Shown here piece by piece: positions 20,256 through 29,937 of a stretch of 64,000 bases of DNA; position 1 is the stretch's first letter; each line of letters starts with the position of its first letter. A model generated the notes under the pieces. It worked only from the letters and a program-made list of their open reading frames with translations. It was not told the origin of the DNA and searched no databases. Source of the DNA: Myxococcota bacterium (GTDB lineage: Bacteria > Myxococcota_A > UBA9160 > SZUA-336); NCBI GenBank assembly GCA_965247115.1, contig CBDFGR010000001.1:224001-288000 (forward strand), read 5' to 3'. Made by a program: the position numbers and the translations under genes.

Positions 20256-21122
20256 TCAGGGTTGCCGAGCCAGGGCCTCGAGCCAGGCCAGCCAGATCGT
20301 GGCCGCAGTGGCCAGCAGACCGAGGGTCTGAACCACGACGCCGGGCGAGCGTGTCAGGATTCGCGCGAACAGGACTCCGAGCAGGGTCCCCACGGCCAGA
20401 CCGGAAGCGTGTGCCGCCATGTCCGAACGCTCCCCGGTCCCGAGCATTGCAAGCAGACCGATCCCAGCGGCGAGCGCGAGCCACGCCGGCGCGGAGCGCG
20501 AGCGCAGGGAGCGGCGGCGCACGAACTGCTGCCCGCACAGGATGCCGACCGCGCCGAACACCGCCGTCGACGCGCCCACCGCCACGTGCCCCGACCCGTG
20601 GACCGCGGCACTCGCGGCGTTCCCGATCGCCCCGGAGAGCAGGATCAGCATCGACCCCAACCCTGGTCCGAGCGACGCGCACACCGCGGTCGCAAAGATC
20701 GCGAGCGCGGCCACGTTGCCGAGCAGATGCGGCAGATCCATGTGGAGCGTCAGCGCTGTCACCGTTCGCCACCACTCTCCCTCGAAGATGCGGTCCGACA
20801 CGGAGCTGCCGAACACGAACCAGCTACCGCGTGGGTCGTACGGGCCTGTCACCAGGAAGAACGCGGCCACGCCGATGGCCAGTGCGACCCCCGCGCGTGT
20901 GGAGCCGTAGTGGAGGGCTGCTTTGCGCCCAGTCTCCTCGGCCAGGTCGTCGTCGTAGTCCGCGAGTACCTGCTCCGCCTCTACCGCGCGTTCACTGGGG
21001 ACGGCGACGACCCAACTCCCGCCGCTCTTCGCGACCTGCGAAGGGATCCCCTGCGAAGAGAGGGCCAGACTCCAGGCTAACGCCGTCGATTGGTCGGGTG
21101 CGCGCCGCAGTGGTTCGTCCAC
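20256..21122 (-). CDS. Rhomboid intramembrane serine protease
   Basis: WWRTVTALTLH..HLLGN, GASTAVFG, AHASG; start placed at GTG 21122. Confidence 0.9.
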   Translation of the reverse strand: MDEPLRRAPDQSTALAWSLALSSQGIPSQVAKSGGSWVVAVPSERAVEAEQVLADYDDDLAEETGRKAALHYGSTRAGVALAIGVAAFFLVTGPYDPRGSWFVFGSSVSDRIFEGEWWRTVTALTLHMDLPHLLGNVAALAIFATAVCASLGPGLGSMLILLSGAIGNAASAAVHGSGHVAVGASTAVFGAVGILCGQQFVRRRSLRSRSAPAWLALAAGIGLLAMLGTGERSDMAAHASGLAVGTLLGVLFARILTRSPGVVVQTLGLLATAATIWLAWLEALARQP

Positions 21123-21174
21123 TCCTGATACAATCGCACAACTGGCTCGCGCCGCAGCCGTTGCTGGAGGGAAC

Positions 21175-22107
21175 ATGCCACTCGATCCGCAGATAAAGGC
21201 CGTCCTCGAGGCGATGAGTGCTCTGGCCATGCCGAGCCTCTCCACTGTGCCCCCTGACGTCATGCGCAAGGCCTTCGAAGAGCAGCGCAGTGCGAGGCCA
21301 GAGGGCGATTCCGTGGCAAAGGTCATCGATCGGCAGATTCCCGGACCGGATGGGAAACTGACGGTGCGCGTCTACTCGCCTTTCGGAGCCGGGCCCTTCC
21401 CGGTGCTCACCTACTTTCACGGCGGCGGGTTCGTGCTCTGTGACCTGGACTCGCACGACAGCACGTGTCGCGGCCTCACCAACGCGGCGCAATGCGTGGT
21501 GGTGTCCGTGGACTACCGGCTCGCGCCAGAGGCCCCGTTCCCCGCGGCACCAGAGGATTGCTACGCGGCAACGCGCTGGGTAGCGGAGAACGCGCCCGAG
21601 CTCGACGGGGATCCCGCGCGGCATGCCGTAGCAGGTGACAGCGCAGGAGGGAACCTCGCCGCGGTGGTGGCGCTCATGGCACGAGATCGGGGCGGCCCTG
21701 CGCTCGTGCACCAGCTGCTCATTTACCCGGTCACGGACCACTCCTTCGACACGCCCTCGTATCTCGACAACGCAGAGGGCTACTTCCTCACGCGCGAGAT
21801 GATGCAGTGGTTCTGGGGGCACTACCTAAAGAGCGAGGCTGACGGGATGCAGGCGCTGGCATCCCCGCTGTGCGCCGACGACCTCTCCAATCTACCGTCC
21901 GCGACCGTGATCACCGCGGAGTTCGACCCGCTACGCGACGAAGGGGAGGCATACGCGGCGCGCCTCGAAGCGTCGGGCGTGCCGACGGAGCTCGTCCGCT
22001 ACGAGGGCATGATCCACGGCTTTTTCGGCATGACCGATACCGTGGATCGTGCCAAGGAAGCCGTCGCGCAGTCTGGTCGTGCCCTGCGCCGCGCGTTTGG
22101 AGCCTGA
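21175..22107 (+). CDS. HSL-family alpha/beta hydrolase (esterase)
   Basis: HGGGF, GDSAGG, DPLRDE, HGF. Confidence 0.95.
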   Translation: MPLDPQIKAVLEAMSALAMPSLSTVPPDVMRKAFEEQRSARPEGDSVAKVIDRQIPGPDGKLTVRVYSPFGAGPFPVLTYFHGGGFVLCDLDSHDSTCRGLTNAAQCVVVSVDYRLAPEAPFPAAPEDCYAATRWVAENAPELDGDPARHAVAGDSAGGNLAAVVALMARDRGGPALVHQLLIYPVTDHSFDTPSYLDNAEGYFLTREMMQWFWGHYLKSEADGMQALASPLCADDLSNLPSATVITAEFDPLRDEGEAYAARLEASGVPTELVRYEGMIHGFFGMTDTVDRAKEAVAQSGRALRRAFGA

Positions 22108-22122
22108 CAGGAGAGAGAACGC

Positions 22123-23178
22123 ATGGACGTTCCGCGGGGCATCCACTACGCGAACGTCAGCCGCTTCTTCCGGGAACACGTACCGGGTGGCGACCGCGAG
22201 CTCACCTTCGAGCAGATCAGCGGGGGGCGCTCGAACATCACCTACCTGGTGCGCGGGGGTGGCGCGGAATGGGTCCTGCGGCGTCCGCCCCTGGGCCACG
22301 TGCTGCCCACCGCTCACGACATGGCCCGCGAATACCGCGTGCTGACCGCCCTTCGAGATACGAACGTGCCCGTTCCCCACACGCATGCGCTGTGCGAGGA
22401 CGGCGCTGTGAACGACATGCCGTTCTATGTGATGGAGTACTGCCCCGGGATCGTCCTCGCGAACGACATTCCGGCCGGCTATGCCGAGAGCCACGACGAG
22501 CGCCGCCATATCAGCCTGAACCTGGTCGAGACGCTGACCCGGCTCCACGCGGTGGACTACCAGCAGGTCGGTCTCGGGGATTTCGGGCATCCGAAGGGCT
22601 ACATCGAGCGGCAGGTACGCCGCTGGTCGCAGCAGTGGGAGCGCTCGAAGACCGGCGAGCTGCCGGAGATCGAGGATCTGATCGTGCGCCTGCGCGCGGC
22701 CCTGCCCGAGTCACCCCAGCCCACGATCGTGCACGGCGACTATCGACTCGGAAACATGGCGCTCGACCCGAACGACTCGAGCCGCATCGTCGCCATCTTT
22801 GACTGGGAGATGGCCACTCTCGGTGACCCGCTCGCGGATCTCGGCTACACACTGATCTGCTGGTACGAGGAAGAAGACCTCCGGACCGATGCGCTACCCA
22901 GCGTCACTGCGCGTCCCGGCTTCCTCAAGCGCGCGGACCTGATCGAGGAGTACGCGAAGCGGAGCGGTCGTGACGTCTCCGCGATCGACTTCTATCAGGT
23001 GCTCGCCCTGTACAAGCTCGCGATCATCAGCGAGGGAATCTACGCGCGCTACCTCCAGGGCAAAACTCTCGGCAAGGACTTCGAGGGCATGAAGCGCGCC
23101 GCCGGCCCCACCGCCCAGCGAGCCATCGACATCGCGAACAGCTCCTCAGACCGCCGCCTCCGAGGAACCGCGCACTAG
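22123..23178 (+). CDS. APH-like phosphotransferase (ACAD10/11 N-terminal-like)
   Basis: GGRSNITY, VLRRPP..AHDMAREY, HGDYRLGN, DWEMATLGDP. Confidence 0.92.
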   Translation: MDVPRGIHYANVSRFFREHVPGGDRELTFEQISGGRSNITYLVRGGGAEWVLRRPPLGHVLPTAHDMAREYRVLTALRDTNVPVPHTHALCEDGAVNDMPFYVMEYCPGIVLANDIPAGYAESHDERRHISLNLVETLTRLHAVDYQQVGLGDFGHPKGYIERQVRRWSQQWERSKTGELPEIEDLIVRLRAALPESPQPTIVHGDYRLGNMALDPNDSSRIVAIFDWEMATLGDPLADLGYTLICWYEEEDLRTDALPSVTARPGFLKRADLIEEYAKRSGRDVSAIDFYQVLALYKLAIISEGIYARYLQGKTLGKDFEGMKRAAGPTAQRAIDIANSSSDRRLRGTAH

Positions 23179-23214
23179 CGGAGAATCTCTAAAGGCGCGA
23201 TAGCGAGAGGGACC

Positions 23215-23907
23215 TCAGGGCGAGGCGCGCGCTTCTCCGGGCACATCTAACGGATCGAGCAACCCATGGCGCCGCCAACCCTCGGCGAGCAGCCACGTAC
23301 GTGCGGCGGCAACTGACCGAGGCCCCAGACGATGCTCGACTCGCGCAGCACCTCTCTTCCAGCCGGAAAACCAGCGCCCCGAGGAGGCGCGATCCAGCGT
23401 CTCGCGCGTAGCGCCGTGATGGCGGGCCGCGTTGAGCAGCACATACCGGATCGCATTCCGGACCTCGCGCGGCGTCTTCAGCACCCGCATGTGGTAGCGA
23501 TCCGCCAGCAGCCCACCACGCCACCCGAACGCCCGCCACATCGCCCAGACCATCCTCCTACCGAGGGACTTCATCCCCCGACCGAGCGCAGCCCGATCCT
23601 TCGTCTCGACGATAAGGTGCGCGTAATCCCGCAAAAGCGCGTAGTGCACCACCCGAAACTCTCCACGGTCGCAACCCCGCGCCAGCGTCTCCTCGAACGC
23701 CCGCACGAAGACCGGAGCTCGCAACAACGGAGCCCCTTCGCGCACCCGCAGCGTCACGTGACACGGATGCCTCGACGCGAGACTCAGCCGACTTCGGTGG
23801 CGAACCAGCGGATTCGCCCCAGGCTTGCGTCCCGCCCCCTCGCGCCGCCCGCGACGACGCGCCAGAGGCCGTAGATGAAGCGAGAGCTGTCGATCTGACT
23901 TTCTCAT
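23215..23907 (-). mobile_element. Y1/HUH REP-associated tyrosine transposase (RAYT-like), probably degenerate
   Basis: HPCHVTLR, FRVVHY...DYAHLIVE (HUH site reads YAH), DRYH..LKTPREVRNAIRYVLLN with catalytic Tyr. Confidence 0.8.
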
Positions 23908-24085
23908 CTATTCACCAATTGGTGTAGATTAGGGCTTTCTAAGACCGGGCTCTCCTGCGAGCCCGTGTCTCGAAGCTAAGGGCATTGAAGGGAACAGAGA
24001 AGCCGGAAGGCCGGCTACTCGAACGGTCTTCGCTCGCGAGTTCCTGCTTCGGCTGGGGTTCGGTGGAAGGAAGAGCGGGGGAGGG

Positions 24086-24817
24086 CTACTGGAGGCGGCG
24101 GGCGTAGAGGTCGAAGACTCGCTCCCAGACTCGTTCCGCGGCCTCTTTTTTGTAGATGCCGGTGCGTTCGGGGAAGCAGAAGCCGTGCTCGGTTTCGGGC
24201 CATGTGTCGATCCGGTAGCGTACGTCGTGCTTGTCGAGCGAGGCGATGAGCTCGGGAATCACGTTGTCGGGCACCCAGGTGTCCGTCTCGGCGAAGCCGA
24301 AGTACAGCTCGGCCCTGACGCGGTCGGCCAGGAGGTGGGGCGAGTCGAGCTCATCCGTCACGATTCCGACGCCGTAGAGGGATGCGGCCGCGCCGAAGTC
24401 CTGCGGAAAGCTCCCGGCGGCAGACACCACGTACTGACCGCTCATGCAGTAGCCGATGCAGCCCTTGGGGCCGGACGCCACCTGCGGCTGGTCCGCGAGG
24501 AAGCTCAGCATTCCCCGGGTGTCGCGCACGACGAGCTCGTTGGAGAGGCTCCCCATGGCGGCGAACATGCGCTTGCGCTCCTCGTCGCCAGCAGCGAGAT
24601 CGAAGCGCGGTCGGCCCAGGCGGTAGTACATGTCCGGCAGGAGCACGTAGTAGCCCTGGGTGGCGATGCGGCGAGAGAAGTCGCGCAGCTCCTCGCGGAT
24701 GCCAGGTGCGTCCATGTAGAGGATCACGGCAGGGAAGGGGCCCTCGCCGTCCGGGTGAGCCGCGAAGCCCTCCATCCGGCCATCCATGGTCTCGATCTCG
24801 TGGGTCCGCTCGATCAC
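24086..24817 (-). CDS. Dienelactone hydrolase family protein
   Basis: YMDAPGIR, GYCMSG nucleophile motif, HGF; GTG start after GAGGAGG. Confidence 0.92.
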   Translation of the reverse strand: MIERTHEIETMDGRMEGFAAHPDGEGPFPAVILYMDAPGIREELRDFSRRIATQGYYVLLPDMYYRLGRPRFDLAAGDEERKRMFAAMGSLSNELVVRDTRGMLSFLADQPQVASGPKGCIGYCMSGQYVVSAAGSFPQDFGAAASLYGVGIVTDELDSPHLLADRVRAELYFGFAETDTWVPDNVIPELIASLDKHDVRYRIDTWPETEHGFCFPERTGIYKKEAAERVWERVFDLYARRLQ

Positions 24818-24929
24818 CGCTGCCTCCTCTTGTGCGAGGCACCAGCATCGCACACTGGCCGGGTAGCGTGTGATACGGTCGATCCGCAAGAGACGCCACC
24901 GGATCAAACAGCTTGCAGCGGGGGTCACG

Positions 24930-26294
24930 ATGAGCGAAGAGGCCGAAGGCAGAGAACACAGGAACTTCGCACGCGCCCGTGAAAGTCTCGCCGCGCGCAC
25001 TCCTCGCTCCGCTGAGGCAAAGGCAAGGGGATCCAAGGTGCTGGCGATGGAGGTGGTGCAGACAGTCACCATGCCCCATCCGATCTATATCGAAAGCGCC
25101 GCCGGCGCGCGCGTCACGGACCTCGATGGAAACACGTACATCGACCTTACGGGCGGCTTTGGTCCACTGGTGCTCGGGCACGGGCCGCAGTGCGTGAAGG
25201 ACGCGCTAGCGGAGCAGCTCGAGCGCGGCTGGCACTTCGGCATTCACAACGCGCGGCAGGCGGAGCTCGCCGAGCTACTGCAGGAGGCAGGCCGGTGCGT
25301 CGATACCGCAGTGTTCGCGAACTCCGGCACCGAGGCCACCATGTACGCCGTCCGCCTCGGCCGCGCCTTCACGAACAAGAGCAAGATCGCGCTCTTCGAT
25401 GGCTCGTACCACGGAGTCCATGACTACGCGCTCATCAAGGCAGACACCGCGAGCCCGCGTTCGCGCCCCACCACGCGCGTCCTCGGCGGTGGTGTACCCG
25501 ACGTGATCAAAGGCGAGACCGTGATCGTTCTCCCCTACCGCGATCCGGCCGCCTACGACCTGATCCGGGAGCACAAGGACGACCTCGCCATGGTGCTGAT
25601 CGAGCCGGTCCAGAGCTCGAATCCAAGACTGGACACCGGCGACTTTCTCCACGGACTGCTCGACGTGTGCCGCGAGAGCAACGTGCTGTTCCTCATGGAC
25701 GAGGTCATCACGGGCTTCCGCATCCAGTACGGCGGCTGCCAGCAGCACTACGACATCACCCCGGACCTCGCGACGTTCGGCAAGGCGATCGGTGGCGGTC
25801 AGCCCATCGGCGCGGTGGGCGGTCGGGGCGACGTGATGAACGGCTTTACGGGCAAAGACGACGCCCCCTTCATCTTCTCCGGGGGAACGTTCTCCGGGAA
25901 CCCGTTGACCATGGCCGCCGGCATTGCAGCGGTGGGCTATATGCGGGAACGCAAGGAGACGCTCTACCCCTACCTGAATGATCAGGGCAATCGCTTCGCC
26001 GAAGCCGTCAACAGCTTCTGCCGCGACAACGACATCCCAGCCCAGGTCATGAACGCGGCCTCGATGTTCCACCTCATATTCCAGGGCGGAGAGATCGGCG
26101 GATCGCGGGACATCACAAACGAGAATCGCACGGCCGAGCGCCAGTTCTACCTACACCTCATGAACCACGGAGTGATCGTTCCGGGCATACACCTGGCGTT
26201 CCTCTCTGCCGCCCATACACCCGCAGACGTCGATGAGGTCATCGAAGCCTTCCAGGCCTCCTTCCTGGACGTGCGCGAAGACGGCTTGCTCTAG
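24930..26294 (+). CDS. Class III aminotransferase (GSA aminomutase-like)
   Basis: NSGTEAT, DEVITGFR, DLATFGKAIGGG, GTFSGNP. Confidence 0.9.
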   Translation: MSEEAEGREHRNFARARESLAARTPRSAEAKARGSKVLAMEVVQTVTMPHPIYIESAAGARVTDLDGNTYIDLTGGFGPLVLGHGPQCVKDALAEQLERGWHFGIHNARQAELAELLQEAGRCVDTAVFANSGTEATMYAVRLGRAFTNKSKIALFDGSYHGVHDYALIKADTASPRSRPTTRVLGGGVPDVIKGETVIVLPYRDPAAYDLIREHKDDLAMVLIEPVQSSNPRLDTGDFLHGLLDVCRESNVLFLMDEVITGFRIQYGGCQQHYDITPDLATFGKAIGGGQPIGAVGGRGDVMNGFTGKDDAPFIFSGGTFSGNPLTMAAGIAAVGYMRERKETLYPYLNDQGNRFAEAVNSFCRDNDIPAQVMNAASMFHLIFQGGEIGGSRDITNENRTAERQFYLHLMNHGVIVPGIHLAFLSAAHTPADVDEVIEAFQASFLDVREDGLL

Positions 26295-26304
26295 TCGAGC
26301 GATA

Positions 26305-26386
26305 AGACCGACGTTCTCCGGTCGAAGACCGACGTTCTTCGGTCTCTGAGACCGACGTTGTCGTCGGGGCGGAGAACCTCTACTAC
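26305..26386 (+). promoter_or_regulatory. Three direct repeats AGACCGACGTT overlapping a putative tRNA promoter
   Basis: Repeats start at 26305, 26326 and 26349; TTGTCG(26358)-N17-TACTAC(26381) precedes tRNA-Arg. Confidence 0.55.
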
Positions 26387-26397
26387 TTGCGGGGCGC

Positions 26398-26474
26398 GCT
26401 CCCGTAGCTCATTTGGATAGAGCATTCGCCTCCTAAGCGAAGGGTAGTAGGTTCGAATCCTACCGGGAGCGCCA
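26398..26474 (+). tRNA. tRNA-Arg(CCU)
   Basis: Acceptor GCTCCCG/CGGGAGC, anticodon arm TTCGC-CT CCT AA-GCGAA, GGTTCGAATCC, encoded CCA. Confidence 0.97.
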
Positions 26475-26482
26475 GTCAGCGC

Positions 26483-26821
26483 TCAGAAGAGCAGGATCTG
26501 CTCGTAGAACTCGAGAAACTGCTCCGACGCACCTTCGAAGCGTACGCCAAAGCCCGGACGGGCGTCCGGCTGCTCTAGCTCAGTCGTGCTCCAGACCACG
26601 ATGCGCTCGATCTCGACCTTGCGCCCCTGCTGGGTGTGGAAGAGGACGCGGATCTCACTGCCCGGCTCGGGTAGCACGTCGGAGCGCAGGAAGAGGCCGC
26701 CTTTGCTCACGTTCTTCACGTGACCCTTGCCGCGCACCTCGCCGGACTCGAAAGAGGCCGGGACGCGCGCGACGCTGCGCTTGAGCTTGCGCCGCTCGAT
26801 CCCGCCTGTGCTTCTCGCCAT
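26483..26821 (-). CDS. PilZ domain protein
   Basis: ERRKLKR (RxxxR), NVSKGG (D/NxSxxG), GFGVRF. Confidence 0.85.
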   Translation of the reverse strand: MARSTGGIERRKLKRSVARVPASFESGEVRGKGHVKNVSKGGLFLRSDVLPEPGSEIRVLFHTQQGRKVEIERIVVWSTTELEQPDARPGFGVRFEGASEQFLEFYEQILLF

Positions 26822-26935
26822 TTGGCCTTCCTCTCCCAGTCGTCGGGCCTATCGGTCCGCGGCCGGGCAGGCTTGACGAGCGCCAGGGACGGAAAAGCGC
26901 CTACTATAGAGTCCGCGCGGGCCTCTGGAGAGCGA

Positions 26936-27907
26936 ATGGAGAAGGCAGACCTCGACGCGGTGCTCCGGCGCCATGGACTGGAGCCACTCACTCGCGCGCG
27001 GGTCGACACTCTGCAGCTGAACGTGACGCTGCGCTGCAACCTCGCCTGCCACCACTGTCACGTGGAGTCCGGGCCCAAGCGCACCGAGGCCATGGACGAG
27101 GCCGTGGTCGCCCGGGTGCTCGATCTCCTCGCGGCGAGTCCCGGCGTGCGGACGCTCGACCTCACGGGCGGCGCTCCGGAGATGCACCCGGATTTCCGGG
27201 TCTTGGTGGAGGGGGCACGGGCGCTGGGACTCGAGGTGATCGACCGCTGCAATCTCACCATCCTCCACGAGCGCGGATATCGGGATCTGCCGGAGTTCCT
27301 CGCCAAGAACGGCGTGACGGTGATCGCTTCGCTGCCCTGCTACACCGGGGAGAACGTCGAGAGCCAACGCGGGCGAGAGGTGTTCGACCGCAGCATCGAG
27401 GCACTGCGCTGGCTGAACAGCCTGGGCTACGGTCGCGCGAGCTCGGACCTGAGTCTCGACCTGGTCCACAACCCGCTTGGTCCCTCGCTTCCGCCTCCGC
27501 AGGGCGAGCTCGAGAAGGAGTACAAGGTCGAGCTCCGGGAGCGCTTCGGGATCGAGTTCCACCGCCTGCTCGCGATCACGAACATGCCGATCAAGCGCTT
27601 CGGCGACATGCTCGTGAGACGCGGCCAGGCTTCCGAGTACCTCTCGCTCCTGGTCAATCACTTCAATCCACGCGTCGTCCCCCAGGTCATGTGCAGAACG
27701 CTCGTCTCGGTGGGACACGACGGACAGCTCTACGATTGCGACTTCAACCTGGCGCTCGAGCTTCCGCTCGCTGGCAAGCGCCGGACGCTGTGGGAGATCG
27801 AGACCCTATCCGAGCTGGAGGGCGATCCCATCGCGACGGCCTCGCACTGCTTCGGCTGCACGGCGGGCGCGGGATCCAGCTGCGGCGGAATCCTCGAGGA
27901 GAGCTAG
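26936..27907 (+). CDS. arsS: Radical SAM protein, ArsS/DUF3641 family
   Basis: CNLACHHCHVESGPKRTE, DLTGGAPE, YDCDFN, HCFGCTAGAGSSCGG. Confidence 0.85.
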   Translation: MEKADLDAVLRRHGLEPLTRARVDTLQLNVTLRCNLACHHCHVESGPKRTEAMDEAVVARVLDLLAASPGVRTLDLTGGAPEMHPDFRVLVEGARALGLEVIDRCNLTILHERGYRDLPEFLAKNGVTVIASLPCYTGENVESQRGREVFDRSIEALRWLNSLGYGRASSDLSLDLVHNPLGPSLPPPQGELEKEYKVELRERFGIEFHRLLAITNMPIKRFGDMLVRRGQASEYLSLLVNHFNPRVVPQVMCRTLVSVGHDGQLYDCDFNLALELPLAGKRRTLWEIETLSELEGDPIATASHCFGCTAGAGSSCGGILEES

Positions 27908-28155
27908 CGACTCTGCTCGGCCTTGCGCGCTTGCAGGATCGCCCGGAGCAGCTCCTGGGGCGCGTCCTGCGGCGGAGGTCCTTCCGAGATCTGGCAGACG
28001 GACTTCCCGAGTCGCACTGTGGTCTTGTAGCTCTCGAGATAGTCCAGGCACGGCGGGCAGCAGTCCAGGTGCTCCTCGAAGATGCGGGCCTGTGCGGGGG
28101 GCAGCTCCCCGCTCGAGTAGTCGGTCAAGAACTCAACCATTTCTCGACAGGTCAT
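27904..28155 (-). CDS. Zinc-binding anti-sigma factor (zf-HC2)
   Basis: MTC...HLDCCPPC (HxxxCxxC); ATGA-coupled to the ECF sigma. Confidence 0.9.
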   Translation of the reverse strand: MTCREMVEFLTDYSSGELPPAQARIFEEHLDCCPPCLDYLESYKTTVRLGKSVCQISEGPPPQDAPQELLRAILQARKAEQSR

Positions 28156-28769
28156 CCCTCGGCTCCCTCGCGCATGTGTGGGTCCAGCAGCGTCCGCAGC
28201 GCCAGCCGGGCCCGGTGAAGGCGGATCTTGACGGCGTTCGGCGTGACCTCGAGCAGGTCGGCTGTCTCCTTGGTGTCCAGCTCTTCGATGTCACGCAGAA
28301 GCAGAACGTTCCGGTAGATCTCCGGAAGCTCGTCGATCAGCTCGCGCACCATCGCTCGTGTCTCCTGACTCTCGAGCACCTCGTGCGCCGTCCTCTTCCA
28401 CTCCACCGGTGTGGTGCTCTGATGACCATCTTCGATAAAGGTCGGGAGCAGCTCTTCGATAGGAGTCTCTGGCCGTCGCTTGCGCGAGCGGATCTTCATG
28501 AGCGCGGCGTTCACGACGATGCGGTGCAGCCAGGTGGAGAGGCGCGAGCCTCCCTCGAAGCGATCGATGGCCCTGAAGGCGGACAGAAACGCATCCTGCA
28601 CGACGTCGTGCGCGTCCTCCTCGCTACCCAGCATGCGTCGCGCCACCGAGAGGAGCCTGCCGGCCTGCTCGTTCACCAGCCGCTCGTAGGCGTCGTCGTC
28701 GCCGGCGCGCAGACGTCCGATGAGCTCGGACTCCTCGAGCCGGTCGGGAGCGGCGCTCGACGTCGTCAT
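28152..28769 (-). CDS. ECF sigma-70 factor
   Basis: AHDVVQDAF, LSTWLHRIVVN, region 4 AVKIRLHRAR. Confidence 0.93.
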   Translation of the reverse strand: MTTSSAAPDRLEESELIGRLRAGDDDAYERLVNEQAGRLLSVARRMLGSEEDAHDVVQDAFLSAFRAIDRFEGGSRLSTWLHRIVVNAALMKIRSRKRRPETPIEELLPTFIEDGHQSTTPVEWKRTAHEVLESQETRAMVRELIDELPEIYRNVLLLRDIEELDTKETADLLEVTPNAVKIRLHRARLALRTLLDPHMREGAEG

Positions 28770-28844
28770 CCACGCCAGGATACCGCAGCGGGAGACGCGG
28801 AGCCGGCTTGACACCCCCTATGCAGGAGCGAGACTCGCGCGGCA

Positions 28845-29870
28845 ATGCGAATCGGTCTGCTGACTGGGGGTGGGGACTGTCCGGGTTTGAACGGGGTCAT
28901 TCGAGCCGTGGTTCGCCGCGCCGTAGCGCGCGACAGCGAGGTGGTCGGCATCCTCGAGGGCTGGCGCGGACTCATCGAAGGCCACACGCGCACGATCGAG
29001 CCCGAAGAGGTGCGAGGGCTGCTGCGCATGGGCGGTACGGTGCTGCGGACCTCGCGCACCAACCCGTTCCGTGCGCCCGAGGTGTTCGAGCAGATGGCCG
29101 AGAGCTGGAAGCGTCTCGGCCTCGACGCGCTCATTGCGATTGGGGGTGAGGACACCCTCGGCGTGGCTGCCCAGCTCCATCGAGAGCAGAGCTGGCCCGT
29201 CGTGGGAGTTCCGAAGACGATCGACAATGACATCTCCGCTACCGACTACACCTTCGGCTTCGATACTGCGGTCTCGATCGCGACCGAGGCCATCGACCGC
29301 CTCCACACCACCGCGGAGAGTCACAACCGCGTCATGGTCGTCGAGGTCATGGGTCGCCACACCGGCTGGATCGCGATCCACGCTGGGATCGCCGGTGGGG
29401 CCAGCTACATCGCGATTCCCGAGCGCGAGGTGAGCATCGAGGAGATCTGCAACTCACTGGTCGAGCGCGCCGGCTCGGGCCGGAACTACAGCATCGTCGT
29501 GGTTGCCGAGGGCGCCCGCATCCACGGCCTCGAGGGCGGTCGCAGCTCTCGGACCGACGAGTTCGGCCATTCCCTGCTGGGCGGGATCGGCCATGCGCTG
29601 GCGGAACGTGTCGGCGAGCAGACTGGCTTCGAGACGCGCGTGACCGTGCTGGGCCACGTCCAGCGTGGAGGTACGCCGACGGCCTACGATCGCGTGCTCT
29701 CGACTCGTTACGGCGTTCTCGCCTGCGACCTCGTGCACCGGGAACAGTTCGGAACCATGGTGGCCTTGCGGGGGAACGAGGTCCTCGCCGTCGACCTCCA
29801 GCAGGCCGTCGCCGAGCCCAAGACGGTCGATCCCCAGCTGATCGCGCTGGCGGAGATCTTCTTCAACTGA
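28845..29870 (+). CDS. pfkA: 6-phosphofructokinase
   Basis: GGGDCPGLN, GGEDT, PKTIDND, EVMGRH, LGHVQRGG. Confidence 0.95.
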   Translation: MRIGLLTGGGDCPGLNGVIRAVVRRAVARDSEVVGILEGWRGLIEGHTRTIEPEEVRGLLRMGGTVLRTSRTNPFRAPEVFEQMAESWKRLGLDALIAIGGEDTLGVAAQLHREQSWPVVGVPKTIDNDISATDYTFGFDTAVSIATEAIDRLHTTAESHNRVMVVEVMGRHTGWIAIHAGIAGGASYIAIPEREVSIEEICNSLVERAGSGRNYSIVVVAEGARIHGLEGGRSSRTDEFGHSLLGGIGHALAERVGEQTGFETRVTVLGHVQRGGTPTAYDRVLSTRYGVLACDLVHREQFGTMVALRGNEVLAVDLQQAVAEPKTVDPQLIALAEIFFN

Positions 29871-29937
29871 GGCAGATGACGCTCACTCGTGCGCGTCGTC
29901 AACTCCGCAGCTGCGTGCTCCGATACTGCTCGAGAGC

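Noticed and set aside
26305..26366. Possible mini CRISPR array
   Set aside because: Repeats are only 11 bp with 10-12 bp gaps, and no cas genes are in the window
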